From Octopus sinensis (Eukaryota), in NCBI RefSeq assembly GCF_006345805.1, contig NC_042997.1, positions 1,116,001-1,180,000 of the forward strand: a stretch of DNA of 64,000 nucleotides. The letters are read 5' to 3'. Shown here one piece after another: positions 1-12,850 of this stretch (its first letter is position 1; the number at the start of each line of letters is the position of its first letter). The translations under genes were made by a program, and so were the position numbers. The notes under the pieces were generated by a model, which saw nothing but the letters and a program-made list of their open reading frames with translations, made no database searches and was not told where the DNA came from.

Positions 1-870
1 TTTTTAGTGTTGGAGAAAGCGATCCTAACTTTATGCGAGTTAACCGTGGAGTAATATTTGGAATTTCTGGGGAAGTTATTGGCGATGGCTTGTCGAAACA
101 TGAGGAGGAGGTTAGTTCTAATCTGCTTACCAAAGGGAATTACAAACCATATATGCTTATTCCTATCTATGTGATGGGTCGGGACGCCAGCTCTCGCATT
201 CGGGTGGGTGATTCTCGGATGAATAACGGGTTTTGGGTTAGTGTGAGATCCCCCGGACCGATAATTATCCTTGTTCGCTAAATTAAATGCGGGAGCGACT
301 GCCCCAGCACCCGCCGCGCTCCCGTCACTACTTTAATTGTTTATGTTATTATAGACGGCCCTATCCTGATGACCCAATGATGGCATCGGAAGGGCCAGAT
401 CAATATAAGTTACCTTCTGCCTATAACCGGCCTTGGATAGTGCGGCGTTATAAAATTCTGCTTTCTGCATAAAAATATCGGCACTAGCGGACAAGCCAGA
501 CAATCTTAGAGAGATGTTTTTAACCAAATTGTCTGTTACGGTTTTGGCATGATTTGAGAAGACACTGACATACTTCAAATTAGTGGAAGGCTTATGGTAA
601 GGGCAGTATGAGTCGCTATTAAGGTTAAGTGTAACGTCTAGGAAATTAGCCTTGGTGAGTTCATTATCAAAAACTATATTCATACCCATTCTATTAAAAA
701 ACCTAGCTAACCTGCTCTTAGTTTTCTGCACTATTCTGTTCGTGGTGTTTTGCAGGTAAAACAGACAATCGTCACGATACAGGCCGCCCGATTCATAGAA
801 TGCTAAAGTAATGCGGACAGTAACTTGTAGCACCTCTTGCAAATCTCTGGAGGAAATCACTGCATGCCGG
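1..870 (-). mobile_element. Penelope-like retroelement fragment (RT C-terminus and linker), running off the window edge
   Basis: ORF 333..860(-) has YRDD, ANFLDVTLNL and YHKPSTNLKYVSVFSNH, typical of PLE RT/thumb. Further along the minus strand it reads NNFPRNSKYYSTVNSHKVRIAFSNT, the PLE linker motif also seen at ~5830. Confidence 0.85.
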
Positions 871-889
871 TTTTATCTCTAAAAATCTT

Positions 890-1740
890 CTCTCTCAGTC
901 AGTCGTTCCTCTTTTTCAAAAAGGGAATAAATCGCTCACAGCAAACTACTGTCGAAACTCATTCACCACACATATCAAAATTTTTGAGAGAATGCTGGAA
1001 TCAAGAATAACAGCCTTCCCAGAGCAAAATCATCTTCTAAATTGTAACCAGCATGGTTTTTGTGGTGGTAGAGACTGTTTAAAACAGCTCTCCCACCACT
1101 TTGATGACATGACTGAGAGCTCCATCGCCGATGTCATATACTCTGATTTCACAAAGGCCTTTGACAGGGTCGACTACAATAGACTGTTAAGGAAGCTCTC
1201 CAAAGCCGGAGTCGGTGGAAATCTATTTCAATGGATTAAGTATTTCGTAACAAACAAGACCCAGCATGCTGATGACATTCACTCAGAACCAGGAAAGTTA
1301 GCATCGGTGTCACGCAAGGTACTTATGCTAGATCCACTTCTTTTTATTGTCTATATCAATGATATTGTAGAGTCCATTGAACATAGCACCATTAAAATAT
1401 TTGCAGATGACTAAGATTCAGAAAGTCATTAAGGGTGCATATGCTCAAACGATTCTTCAATCTTTAATATGCACCGTAATCCAGTGGGCAAAAAATAACA
1501 ATATGCATTTGAACGAAGAAAACATTTGAGTTCATCCACTTTGGTAAACAAGGCACACTCAAACAAGCATATACACTACCGTTGGGGAACTTACTTGAAC
1601 TGTCGGATAATATCAGAGACTTAGTGTCCACATCAACAAAAAAGTCGATGTTGCCCGCAGAATGTGCACAAGGACCCTCCGAATTTTTCAGCCTAGGAAT
1701 CATGTAACCATCATCTTTCTTTTCTCGGTTAATATAAAGC
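890..1740 (+). mobile_element. CR1/L2-group LINE reverse transcriptase fragment, decayed
   Basis: Reads VVPLFKKGNK, NQHGF, DVIYSDFTKAFDRVDY, LFIVYINDI and KIFADD followed by a stop; an A-rich run follows at ~1755-1780. Confidence 0.8.
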
Positions 1741-1779
1741 TCTTCGCCCGTTAACAAAAAAAAAAAAAAGAAAAAAGAA

Positions 1780-2506
1780 AACCCTACTGTGTGTTAACAA
1801 CTGTGTAGAAAATAAACAACAAAAACTGTGCAAACAAACCTGGTGGGTGGGCAGAGGTCTTTCGGAAAATTCACGAGATCCGATATTTCCGTCATAACTT
1901 TCGGGAAAATGAATATATATTGCTTTTTTAATGAAATCCCACGTTTTTGGCTATAGAGGATCCGATTGTGAAAAAAACTTTTCAAAATTTAAATTCTCCG
2001 GCCTTGGCCTTCAAGCAGGCTATCCACATGCTAGAAATAACAGCAAAATATCACAAACTGCGTTAACATAACGAAAGTAATATGTAATCAATCTACTCAC
2101 CTTTCCGCAAAGATTTCTTTCAGAGTAATTTCCCGCAGTAATATAGCAAAGTAATTCACGTGAAATTAAAGTGGGGTTTTTTAAGCTTTTTTCGAATTTA
2201 AAAAAAAATCAATCTACGTGGGAAAATACGGAAATTAAGAGTATGGAAAAAATAAACACAAATTCAAATTTTAATTTCAATTTTTTAATGAAAAACTTCG
2301 GTCCAAAATTCACCCCTCCCCACCATCTCGCTGTCTAAAAGTGAAAATGAACGGTTGTTATGTCTGTTTCTGCATGTGTTATAGTAAAATAGCAAAAGGA
2401 TCACGACAGCGCCTTTCCGAAAGTCCTCTCCCTACCCCCCAGGTTCGTTTGCGCAACTATTTTTGCCATAATCGTTTTCTACACAGTTGATAACACCCAG
2501 TCGGTT
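1780..2506. mobile_element. Foldback/MITE-like element with ~100-bp degenerate terminal inverted repeats
   Basis: 1783-1880 (ctactgtgtgttaacaactgtgtagaaaa...gcaaacaaacctgg...tttcggaaa) is the reverse complement of 2398-2505; no ORF inside. Confidence 0.6.
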
Positions 2507-2672
2507 GTTTGTTTCTCTTTTTAATTATTGGATTTTGTTAACAGGTGAAGATCTTTATAATAACCCTCTTCACAATATTCGCGACGCCCCACCTCGAATA
2601 CTGTTGCACATTTTGTTCCCTTCTACAAAAAGAAATGCATAATGAGGATCGAAGCGCCATACAGATCAATAA

Positions 2673-2902
2673 CTTATTTCTTTACTACCCACAAGGGGCT
2701 AAACACAGAGAGGACAAACAAGTACAGGCAAATGGATTAAGTCGATTATATCGACCCCAGTGCGTAACTGGTACTTAATTTATCGACCCCGAAAGGATGA
2801 AAGGCAAACTCGACCTCGGCGGAATTTGGACTCAGAACGTAACGGCAGACGAAATACGGCTACGCATTTCGCCCGGCGTGCTACCATTTCTGCCAGCTCG
2901 CC
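2673..2902 (-). mobile_element. SINE family A (head ggcgagctggcaga)
   Basis: Matches copies at 12851, 25205, 31359 and 38668; shared core gttctgagttcaaattccgccgaggtcga...cctttcggggtcgataaa. Confidence 0.85.
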
Positions 2903-2984
2903 AAATGGCATGACGGGACTTGATTATTGGACATGACTTAAACAGCGGAAACTCTATTCTCTGCAACGCCGCCTTGAGCGGTAG

Positions 2985-4168
2985 AAACAAGTAGGGGGAA
3001 AATATGGAAAATGAGAATGGTATATATTAATAATATGAAATCATAGAGGAAAGGAGTAAAAGAATAACGAGAGGGAAAGTGAGAAGAAAAAAGAGGCATA
3101 AAAGTTCATAGTTAAACTTTCAGAAGTTATAGAAACCAGAGCATGAGCCCTTAGGTGCAATCCTGCGTAAATTCATGATCGTAAGTCCTTAAGTGCAATC
3201 CGACGTATATCCATGTGGGTTAAAGTACTGATATAGTAGACATCCCAAGAAAAATACACGAACATATCAAATAAACCCCCTTACCTCGCTCTATCCACTC
3301 CTCTCTCTTATCTTCTCGGCTACCCCGTACACAATTCTTAGACACCATACATATACGCACCTTACTTTATCCTATAGCCAATCCTTAAAACCCCCTTACC
3401 TCGCTCTATCCACTCATCTTTCTATTTCTGTTCTTTTCTTTACTTTTACCAATCAATAGCCACCTCGACTACTATAGGATAAAGTAAGGTGCGTATATGT
3501 ATGGTGTCTAAGAATTGTGTACGGGGTAGCCGAGAAGATAAGAGAGAGGAGTGGATAGAGCGAGGTAAGGGGGTTTTAAGGATTGGCTATAGGATAAAGT
3601 AAGGTGCGTATATGTATGGTGTCTAAGAATTGTGTACGGGGTAGCCGAGAAGATAAGAGAGAGGAGGGGGTAGAGGAAGATAAGATGAAAAAATTGAGCG
3701 AAATGAAAGGAATTTAAAGAGAGTAGTAGATGTCTAATAGTCTCAAAGTCTAAAGCTGTTGGGGAGGATATTTGATACCAATTTGCTTGTGTCCATCCTG
3801 GCTAAGGTCAGTGGCTGAAGAGTTATTTTTAGCAATGAGGTTGTGGGTGCGTAGGTAGTCAATAAAGGAACACCTAGTTGAATGTTACATTATTTATGAG
3901 TGGGAGTTAGAGTTAGCGGAGTTATAGTAGGTGATTTATTGGGTTAATGTTTAAAACTATATTACGGATACTCTCTGTGTTGTACTTGGTTTAGTCACTT
4001 GACTGCGGCCATGCTGAAGCACCACCTTCAGTCGAGCAAATCGACCCCAGAAGATATTCTTTGTAAGCCTAGTACTTATTCTATCTGCTTCTCTTGCCGA
4101 ACTGCTACGGTACGGGGACGCAAACACTCCAGCATCTGTTGTCGAGCGATATTAAGGTGGGGACAAAT

Positions 4169-4225
<57 letters not shown>

Positions 4226-5035
4226 CGACGGGCTTTTTTCAATGTCCGTCAGCCAAATCCACTCACAAGGCTTTGGCCGGTCCGAGGCTATAGTAGAACA
4301 CGCTTGCCTAAGGTGCCACACAGTGGGAATGAACCCGAAACCATTTCGTTGGTAAGCAAGCTACTTACTACACAGCGTCATAGTGTGATGAAGTGCGGTA
4401 TTTAGATATGAGGTAAGACATAAATTAGAAAAGAAGAGTTACAGAGATATAGATGGGGTATGTTTTAATGATCATAGGTTTTTTTTTTATGTGGATGCTA
4501 TTTGAGACTAACAGACATATACTACTCTTATTACATTCTTTTCATTTCGCTCTATATTTTACCCTACCTTCCTCTATCTCCTCTTTCTTATCTTCTCGGC
4601 TACCCCGTACACAATTTTTAGACAACATACACGTACGCACCTTACTTTATTCTATAGTCAATCCTCAAAATCCCCCATATCTCACTCTATCTACCTCACC
4701 TTTACTCTTACCAATAAGTAACCACCTCGGCTACCATTCTGTTATTGAACGTTGACATGTTCGTGTCTTTTTCTTGGGATTTCTACTATGTCAGGACTTT
4801 AACCCACATGGATATACGCCGGATTGAGCCTAAGGACTTACGATCATGGATTTACGCAGGATTGCACCTAAGGGCTCATGCTCTACTTTCTATAACTTCG
4901 GAAATTTGAACTATGAACTTTTATGCTACTTTTTCCTTCTCTCTTTCCATCTCCTTATTCTTTTACTCCCTTCGTCTATGCTGCCATATTATTAATATAT
5001 ACTATTCTCATTATCCATATTTCCCCCACCTATTT
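2985..5035. repeat. Nested inverted and tandem repeat complex (non-coding, probably PLE-derived)
   Basis: 2985-3265 is inverted relative to 4755-5035; 3273-3375 is inverted relative to 3472-3575; a 115-bp tandem period is present in both orientations; 4495-4740 is a diverged linear copy. Confidence 0.75.
3985..4378 (-). mobile_element. SINE family C (tRNA-like head, CORE-like segment, internal CA/TA microsatellite)
   Basis: Reverse complement matches 61175-61571 and 46373-46734. Confidence 0.85.
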
Positions 5036-5036
5036 G

Positions 5037-5088
5037 TCTCTGATGATGGAACATCCCATACTCGGGGATCCCAGGAACATATGTCAGA
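5037..5088 (+). ncRNA. Hammerhead ribozyme motif, GUC triplet, one core substitution
   Basis: tct CTGATGA [stem II] GGAA C ATAT G TC aga; GAAA is changed to GGAA; palindromic loop III. Confidence 0.65.
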
Positions 5089-5149
5089 TTTTGGATATCT
5101 TCCTATAATAATATTGTAAATGGCTTCAGTTGTTTGCTTTGCCTTAATG

Positions 5150-5390
5150 TTTGACGTCCTGTTTAAATGTGACCGCGTGTGTATCGTTGGCGATCTTCTT
5201 TCTCAGCCTTCCCTTCCTTGGATCTTCCATTTTCCTATGTTTCTGACGAAGAGCTCCGCTCGAATCGTTAAATCCTCCTTCTGTCTTTCCTTTCCTGACC
5301 GTCCAATAACACTACACTTATTCTACGTCCTCGCGTTGTTGTGTATTCTCTTTGTGTTTTCATGTTTGGATTAACGTATATCTATATCTA
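5150..5390 (+). mobile_element. Solo pLTR-like unit containing a hammerhead motif (5239-5273)
   Basis: ttt CTGACGA A GAGC tcc GCTC GAAT CG TT aaa (A15.1 changed to T). The unit aligns with the reverse complement of 24050-24270 and ends at a TA-rich microsatellite. Confidence 0.7.
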
Positions 5391-5408
5391 TATCTATATC
5401 TATATCTA

Positions 5409-5447
<39 letters not shown>

Positions 5448-5579
5448 TAATATATTATATATATATATATATAATATATATATATATATATCAATAATAC
5501 AGTGATTGTTTCTTATCAGAAACAAAATGTTTAATAGGACTGCTATAGAAGTGCTCAAAACAAAATGTCTGGTTTGCCA

Positions 5580-6900
5580 TTTAAGCACGTCACAAATACT
5601 ATGAATAAATGCAGGGAACTGCAATAATATGAGGCTCTTGAGTAGTAATGTGTTTAGGGATATTCGCAATAGGTACAGGTATAAGAAAATTAATAAGTTT
5701 GCCAAGGAATTAAACAAAGCGGGAGGTTCACGGTCTAGAATAAGGGAAGTTGTTTGGTTCGCTCCCCCTTTCTCCCTTAGAGTAAGGAACTTACCAAAAA
5801 TGTTTTTTTAGAATTCTGAAGGAGAACTTCCCAAAGAATCATAAATACTATAGCATTTGCAACAAGTTAACGATCAAGTTCTCTTACTCTGTAATGCCTA
5901 ACTTTGCTTCGATTATTGCATCAATCAATAGAAGCAAGCTTGCTAAGCGGAATAGCTGGAAAAGTTCTTTTGAGGATGACCAAGGAACTGCGTATAATAA
6001 TTTTGTAACGCCTAATGCCAACATGCTTTTACCGGGTCTATCGAACCCATGTAATAAGGGAAGATTTGATGGAATGAAAGAGGGAAACTTGTCGAGAACT
6101 GGAGACAAAAAATGTAAAGGTAACAATAGAAATAAAACTAGGAAAGGCTCCGGAAAGAAATGTAATTGTAGAAACCCCGAATTATGTCCTTTAGATGGTT
6201 CCTATCTAGTTACTGACGTTATATATAAATGTGTAGTCAAGGTCGAGGATAAGTTAAATAAATTTTATATAGGTAGCACAGTAGATTTTAAGGCTAGATA
6301 TAGATCACATATGAGCTCATTTTCTAACGATAAATATTATAATTCAACAATACCTGCATCCATATACACAACTTGAAGAAAAATAATTATTATTATCTAG
6401 AATGGTCCATTATCTCTAAAACCCCAAATTTCAAGGGAAATATTAACAAGTGTAAGCTGTGCATAAGGGAATCCCTTACCATCCTTAGGTGTTATGGACC
6501 GCACATTCTGAATAAATTTACTAACGTGATTCCCTTTTGCATCCATAAATTTTCTTCTACATTCTTAAAAGTGTATAGAAATAAAATAAGTCGTAGAAAA
6601 TAAATAATTTAGCTCTTACAGGGTTTGAAACCACGGAAGTTCAATTTAATTTAATTTAATTTAATACACCCATGTTTTTTTTTCTACTTTAATTCTTTCT
6701 TTTGGGCTCGTCTGAGCATGACTGCTTCAATAAGAAAGTACACAATATAATATTAATATTGTGTTAAGCCTGGTACGCGAAGATGTCTGTCTCTCTATTC
6801 TTTCCTCTGACGAAGGAGTTATTAGCGTGATGCACCCTAGTGCTTTAAAAACAATAGTATACCCCTGAAATGGCCACAGGGAATTTAGTAAATATGGTTT
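5580..6900 (+). mobile_element. 5'-truncated Penelope-like element: linker, GIY-YIG endonuclease and 3' UTR
   Basis: VVWFAPPFS...NFPKNHKYY...KFSYSVMPN, CNCRNPELCPLDG, VIYKC...FYIGST, LEWSII and CKLCIRE occur across frameshifted ORFs 5629-6603. Confidence 0.9.
6802..6883 (+). ncRNA. Degenerate hammerhead motif at the PLE 3' end
   Basis: ttcct CTGACGA agg...cct GAAA TGGCCA CA gggaa, consistent with CpG decay of the GAAACGGCCGTA seen intact at 57475. Confidence 0.55.
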
Positions 6901-7017
6901 TCTCTTTTTAACTATAAGGCATCTCTTATTTAAAAAGTAATTTTAGTAGATTTTCTAAACGATGAACTTTTATTTTATTTTATTCTGCATTATATATTAT
7001 ATATTTTTTATATGCTT

Positions 7018-7070
<53 letters not shown>

Positions 7071-7403
7071 TATATATATATTTATATATTTTTTATATGC
7101 CTATATATTTATATATTACTTTATACTATATTTTTACGTATTTACCTTCTAGGTGTTGTAATGATTTTAAAAAAAAATATTTTTCTTAATCGCTACAGTA
7201 TTAACTTTTAACCGTGATGAACGGTATTCACGCATTTTTCTCGCACTTTATTATATGCTTGTAGAGATGAATTATATTCCATCTTCCGTGATGTCTAAAT
7301 GTATATTCTATGATTAAATGTTCGAGTTATGAAATGTTATATGGATGACCTTGCATTTGTTTGTTCTATAACCATAGTTTGATATATATATATGTATACA
7401 TAT

Positions 7404-7451
<48 letters not shown>

Positions 7452-7452
7452 A

Positions 7453-7799
7453 CTAGCGCCAGTGCTAGTGCATGCATATACAGCTGCGTGCGTGCGCACA
7501 TACACGTGAGTACTGTCGTCCAAATCTCCGACCAATCACATATACAGCTAGCTGGCATTCAATTGGTTTATCAAATTTGGAGCATTTTGATTGGGTTTTG
7601 GATAGAAAATTCACAAAAAGTCACTTCTATTGATTTTTTTTATTGGCTTTGCGGGGTGACTGGGGAAATGTAAAGATGTGCACGACCACCTTTGGACAGT
7701 TTTGAATGACCATAGAAAGTGCGAGCCCTCTAACTGAAAAGTTGTGGATTTGTATAAAGGACACACACGCAGACATATTGCCGTTTTTATATATAGAGA
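7453..7799 (-). mobile_element. Non-autonomous Helitron-like element
   Basis: Minus strand starts A|TCTCTATATATAAAAA, followed by gtctgcgtgtgtgtc, and ends CTAG|T; no target-site duplication. Confidence 0.65.
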
Positions 7800-8056
7800 T
7801 ATTCCGTATATAGGCATATATTCACAGACTTACAAGCATATACGTAAATTTTTTTTTCGTGTGTGTGTGCTTATATTCATTGCCGTATATCAACGCTGTT
7901 GTTCCTTTGAACTCCTCTGAGGTTTAACACCCTCTCTTTTCACTCTTGGAATTTCAACGAAACAATGTATGTGCCTTTAGGAAATCCACAACGGATCGAA
8001 TTATTGTCGACAATTTCCGATATATAAAACGGGCAAAATGTTGACTGTCTGTCGGT

Positions 8057-8109
<53 letters not shown>

Positions 8110-9850
8110 ACTTAGATGTGTGTATGTATACACACACACACACACACATGTAGGAGCATATAAATAACCGACGCTTAAAAATATGATCTTCCTTATAGAG
8201 GTAAAATACATGTTTATTTAGAATTATCAGCAGTTCTACTCCTCTCAACAAAGATATATAACGCTTTGGAAATTCAATACACTAAGATCAATTCATTAAT
8301 TTAAATTTTAATCCCACCTAAATAGAGAATGGATGAAACCTCCTAAGATTTGAAAATCATTTCCAAATAATATATTAGACTTATTGTATGGTACTTAATT
8401 TATAAAGAAGCCAACCTGCAAATTGCGTATCGATTCTTTAAATGTAGTCTAGTATATTTCTGAAGATAACTTAATTTAATTAGCTTTGGAGACATTTTAA
8501 GAAATTCACTTTATGAATTTATTTCTTAAAATGCAAAGACATTGAAACACGCAAGCCTATTTCTACTTGATTATCTTGTTAATTTTATGTAATTGACTTA
8601 AGTGTATACAGTATTATATCTCTTTTAAAAGGAAATCAAAACTTTTCCCCAAAGTTTTGAAAGCTTCCTAACGCAACATGTCAATCGCAATTAGTATATC
8701 GTTTCAAATTTGCACAGACTCATATTTATTCATATTATTCCGTTTAACTCCATTTCTAGTGTTCAATGAAAATGAGCTGGCTTCACTTGCTGGCCAGTGC
8801 CAATTCATTTCTTTTACACCTCTGATGCAATTATAAAAGATATTCACAAAATTCTATTCCTTGGGGACTCAACCTCTCGTTCATGTCTCTTACAGATCAT
8901 CGTTCATACTCTACATTCCATTTGAAGAAGCATGTGTGTTTTGCTACTTCACGTAATTAACTTACACTTTTTATATTGACAAAGACCTTGCTTTCTCATT
9001 TTCGAAACCTAAAGCATTTATACCTCGGGTTTTGTGAATATATAAATGAATATATGAATGTCAGAAAAAATTGAGGAGGCCGTTCTTCATTTAAGTAAAA
9101 TAGGCTTCTCTTGGAGAAAGTCCGCATTTCAATGATTATTAAATTTGACTTTTGAAATTTTGCTTTATTTCAATGATTATCTGAAGTGCTCTTACAGGAA
9201 TATAGTATTCTGTATTTTAAGTACGTCTTGTCAAGAACATTTCTTGCGACTATTTGTTGGAATCTCGTGGCTTAGGGCAGCGAATGCATTAGACCCCAAA
9301 TATATATTATTACTGTTACATAGGATACTTCTTTATATTTCTTATTTCATTTTAATCCATACAACCCCTAATCAGTAACATATACGCTACGATATATTCT
9401 AGACATTCTTTTTTAGTACATTTAGTGTTATGTACTATTTTCTTACAGATACATTAAGACAGATATTCACACTTATGAGCAACCATATGTATAGATGTGA
9501 TACCGTATATTTCAACAGACATTAACTTTTACAGTTTCGCACAGGATAATACAAACAAATCCCCACTTTACGTTCATGATAGTGAACAAGTTAGTACAGA
9601 AGTTATGTTCTTGTCCGAACAGATAGAAATAGTAGCTACATGTGTCTTAAACAAATTCGTGAAAGTAGAAATGGATGGTTAGTCAGAAGAACATGAGTCG
9701 TATATTTACTTATCTAATGCTGATATACAATAAAGAATCGACAAAACAAACACAAAGAGAGGAACAAATATCACTTGGAGCTTTCCACGAAGGTAAAAAC
9801 TGTTTCTTGGCTCGGGTACGTCTCCACTTATTGCAACCTATATATTGGTT

Positions 9851-10202
9851 CTGAGGTGGTATCAAAAGGTTCTCAGACTAGTCATGTTTAATAAAAAAAA
9901 AAACAACAATTTATTTACCTACGTTTTAACATCATCACCTGCAAAATAGTTTCCTGGCGCGGCAATACACCTGTCCCAGCGTTCTTGCCAGTTTGGGAAT
10001 TCGGTTGGAAATCGTTTTCCGTAAGTGGAAGTCGAGAACTGTGCTAAAACTGTGACCTTTGAATTGGATTTTCATCACAGCAATGTCAGTCAGCACACCA
10101 CCTTATGAAGTCCAGTGCTAGCTCTCACTGCGTACGCAACCGCGTGCTGTCATCTGTTGGCTCCCTACAAAACAAATTCGGTACCTTTTTGATGCCACTT
10201 CG
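9851..10202 (-). mobile_element. Internally deleted mariner derivative (~350 bp)
   Basis: Degenerate TIRs (gaggtggtatcaaaagg / cgaagtggcatcaaaaagg); C-terminal remnant LTENDFQ..WQERWDRCIAA; the 5' and 3' regions match 38639-39914. Confidence 0.7.
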
Positions 10203-10658
10203 TATGTGTCCTACTGCAATAATTGAGAATTTTTCGGTCTACTTTTCTTACGATATAAAAAAAAAGGCGGAAGAACCTGATTATAAACACACATTTGACC
10301 ATTGTACATAGATCTCAGCAATGCGGTGGTTCTTAGCATAATGGATGATTATATGTAGATTAGCGAAACCAATATTTAAAACACATTATACGCCATATTT
10401 TGTAAACACATAGGGAGGCAATCTTACATTGTCCAATCGACTGACCGGCTAAATTACGTGTTACATGTTTTCATACAAACCACTGTGAAGAGAGGAGCTA
10501 CATTCGACAGTCCTGTTACGTAGTTTGAAGGTTGCTAGCAAAATTTGTCGAAATTGAGAACATAGTGTTCCAGCTTTTCAAAATGGACATGTATTATATA
10601 ACAGTGGGCCCATCTTCTGATAATGTCGACAATGTTATAGCTCTCTCTCTCTCTCTCC

Positions 10659-10680
<22 letters not shown>

Positions 10681-10691
<11 letters not shown>

Positions 10692-12431
10692 TAAATTAGA
10701 GATAAAACCACTACTAGGCAAATCAAAGAGTGAAAATCATAAGCCGATACATAGAAATTAAATTAATTAAAAAATATATAAAAAATATAAAATATAAAAT
10801 ATAAAAATCCAATTAAAATATTTAAATTAAGTTAAAAATTAAAAAAGTTATTTAAATTAATAATTTATAAATATATATATATATATATATTTATTATTTT
10901 ATTTTATTATTTTTTTATTTATTTATTTATTTTTTTAATATTTAAATATTTTTAATATTTTTATATTTATTTACTTATTTATTTTTTATGAACTATCAAA
11001 AAGTATTAAAAGTTTAATAAAATAAAGAGTAAAAACACTACGATCATTACAAAACCTCGCTAAGATAGGTATATATTTATATTTAAGATCTTTAAATTTT
11101 AATATTTATAAGTCTTATGGTATAATATTATTGTTTTTTTATGTATATATCGTTGTTTATCCAATTATCGTAATTTTCTATATAATTATTAGATATTAAC
11201 TACGTTTATTCGTAAGAATTTACTTAGCGACAGATATGTTGTTTGATAGCAAGTATATGATTTTGTATAAGTTAGATTCATGTATATACATGTCTTAATA
11301 GCATTAATTGTAGTTTTAAATTTCTTATAATTACTATTTTAACTTATATATTGTCTTTTTAAATTGTTAGTTGCTAGTTACATTATTCCCATTGATAAAT
11401 ATATTTATAGTATTTATTTATTACTATATAACTACGAATTGATTATTTCTTTAAGTACTTTAAAGATAAGATTTTTGAAAGTTATTATTTAGCCAAAGAG
11501 ATAAAGATAGTTAATTTACTATAGCGTTCATTTAAGATGGTTTGTTTGTATTTTTGAAATTAGCTATTTCATCTTCAAAGATGAAAAATTAATTTATTAG
11601 GTCTTTATTATATGTACATATATATTTATTTATAGAGATTATTTAGATCTTAATTATATATTTATATACATTTATATATTTTCATTGATAATTTATATAT
11701 TATTTAAATTTTATATTTTAATGATATGAATATTCATTTTTTTGTAAAATATTTATGTAATTAGATATTGACTATTACTGATATTAGATTATTGGTGAGT
11801 TTCTTACCTTAAAAATTAAAATTAATATTTAACATTATAATCGTTGTTTTGACATAATCATAATCGTTACGTTTCTAGTTTGATAATAGATTTTTTTATA
11901 AGAAAATTTATTATATTATCTATTTCTTAAAAAATGTTGTTTAAATATTTTTGATTATTTATTAAAATATTACAATTAACCTGAAGATTGACTGTAACCA
12001 TAACTCGAATTATTAATTGAATTTAAATTATTGTTATTCGAATTGGTTACGGGCATGAAACGATCGTAGTGATTTTACTCTTTATCTTATTAAACTTTTA
12101 ATACTTTTTGATAGTTTATAAAAAATAACTAAATAAATAAATAAATATAAAAATATAAAAAATACAAAAAAATAAATAATAAAATAAAATAAAATAATAA
12201 TAAAAAATATATATATATATTTATAATTTATAAGTTAAAATTATTAATTTAAATATTAAAAAATTTTTTTAAAATTTTTAACTTTAATTTAAATATTTTA
12301 ATTGGATTTTTATATTTTATATTTTATATTTTTTATATATTTTTTAATTTATTTATTTCTATGTATTGGCTTATGATTTTCAGTGTTTGATTTGCTAGTA
12401 GTGGTTTTATCTCTAATTTAATATAATATAT
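10681..12431. repeat. Long inverted repeat (arms ~10681-11045 and 12061-12431) around an extremely AT-rich core; PLE pLTR-type
   Basis: taaattagagataaaaccactactag... is mirrored by ...ctagtagtggttttatctctaattta; same family as 62122-62489. Confidence 0.85.
11975..12074 (+). ncRNA. Hammerhead ribozyme motif with extended stem II
   Basis: CTGAAGA at 11981; stem tgactgtaacca/tggttacgggca; GAAA C GATC G TA at 12057-12068; stem I partly decayed. Confidence 0.7.
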
Positions 12432-12497
12432 ATTTATACTATAAAATTAGATTTAATCCTAAACCTAATTTTTCCCTGTAAGTTTGGATTTACTCCC

Positions 12498-12550
<53 letters not shown>

Positions 12551-12850
12551 ATTTGATTCGGCTCCATGTAACTCAAAATTTTCTCGGCACCTAAGAGAAA
12601 CTTAGCTTTTCAATAATAAGTAGCCGAATGGATGAATTGCAAGACTGCTGGAAACCGGGCTGCTACTGGTCAAGGTGGGTCACGTAGTGTAGTAGATATT
12701 AGTGCTGATAAAGTAGCGACATCGGATAGAACATTTAACCTGCATTTCTAGAACCAAACAGATGGACAAGATTTTGGTTGGGCCTTGGTGTCAAGAATGT
12801 AGAGAGAGAATTGCTAGTAACACCTGTTGGCTGAATGCGGGTGTATGGGT

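Noticed and set aside
8455-8510. CTGAAGA followed by a weak stem and GAGAC
   Set aside because: No GAAA and no convincing stems I or III. Lone CTGANGA hits at ~22795(-), 23697, 33134, 51757 and 57250 were rejected for the same kind of reason.
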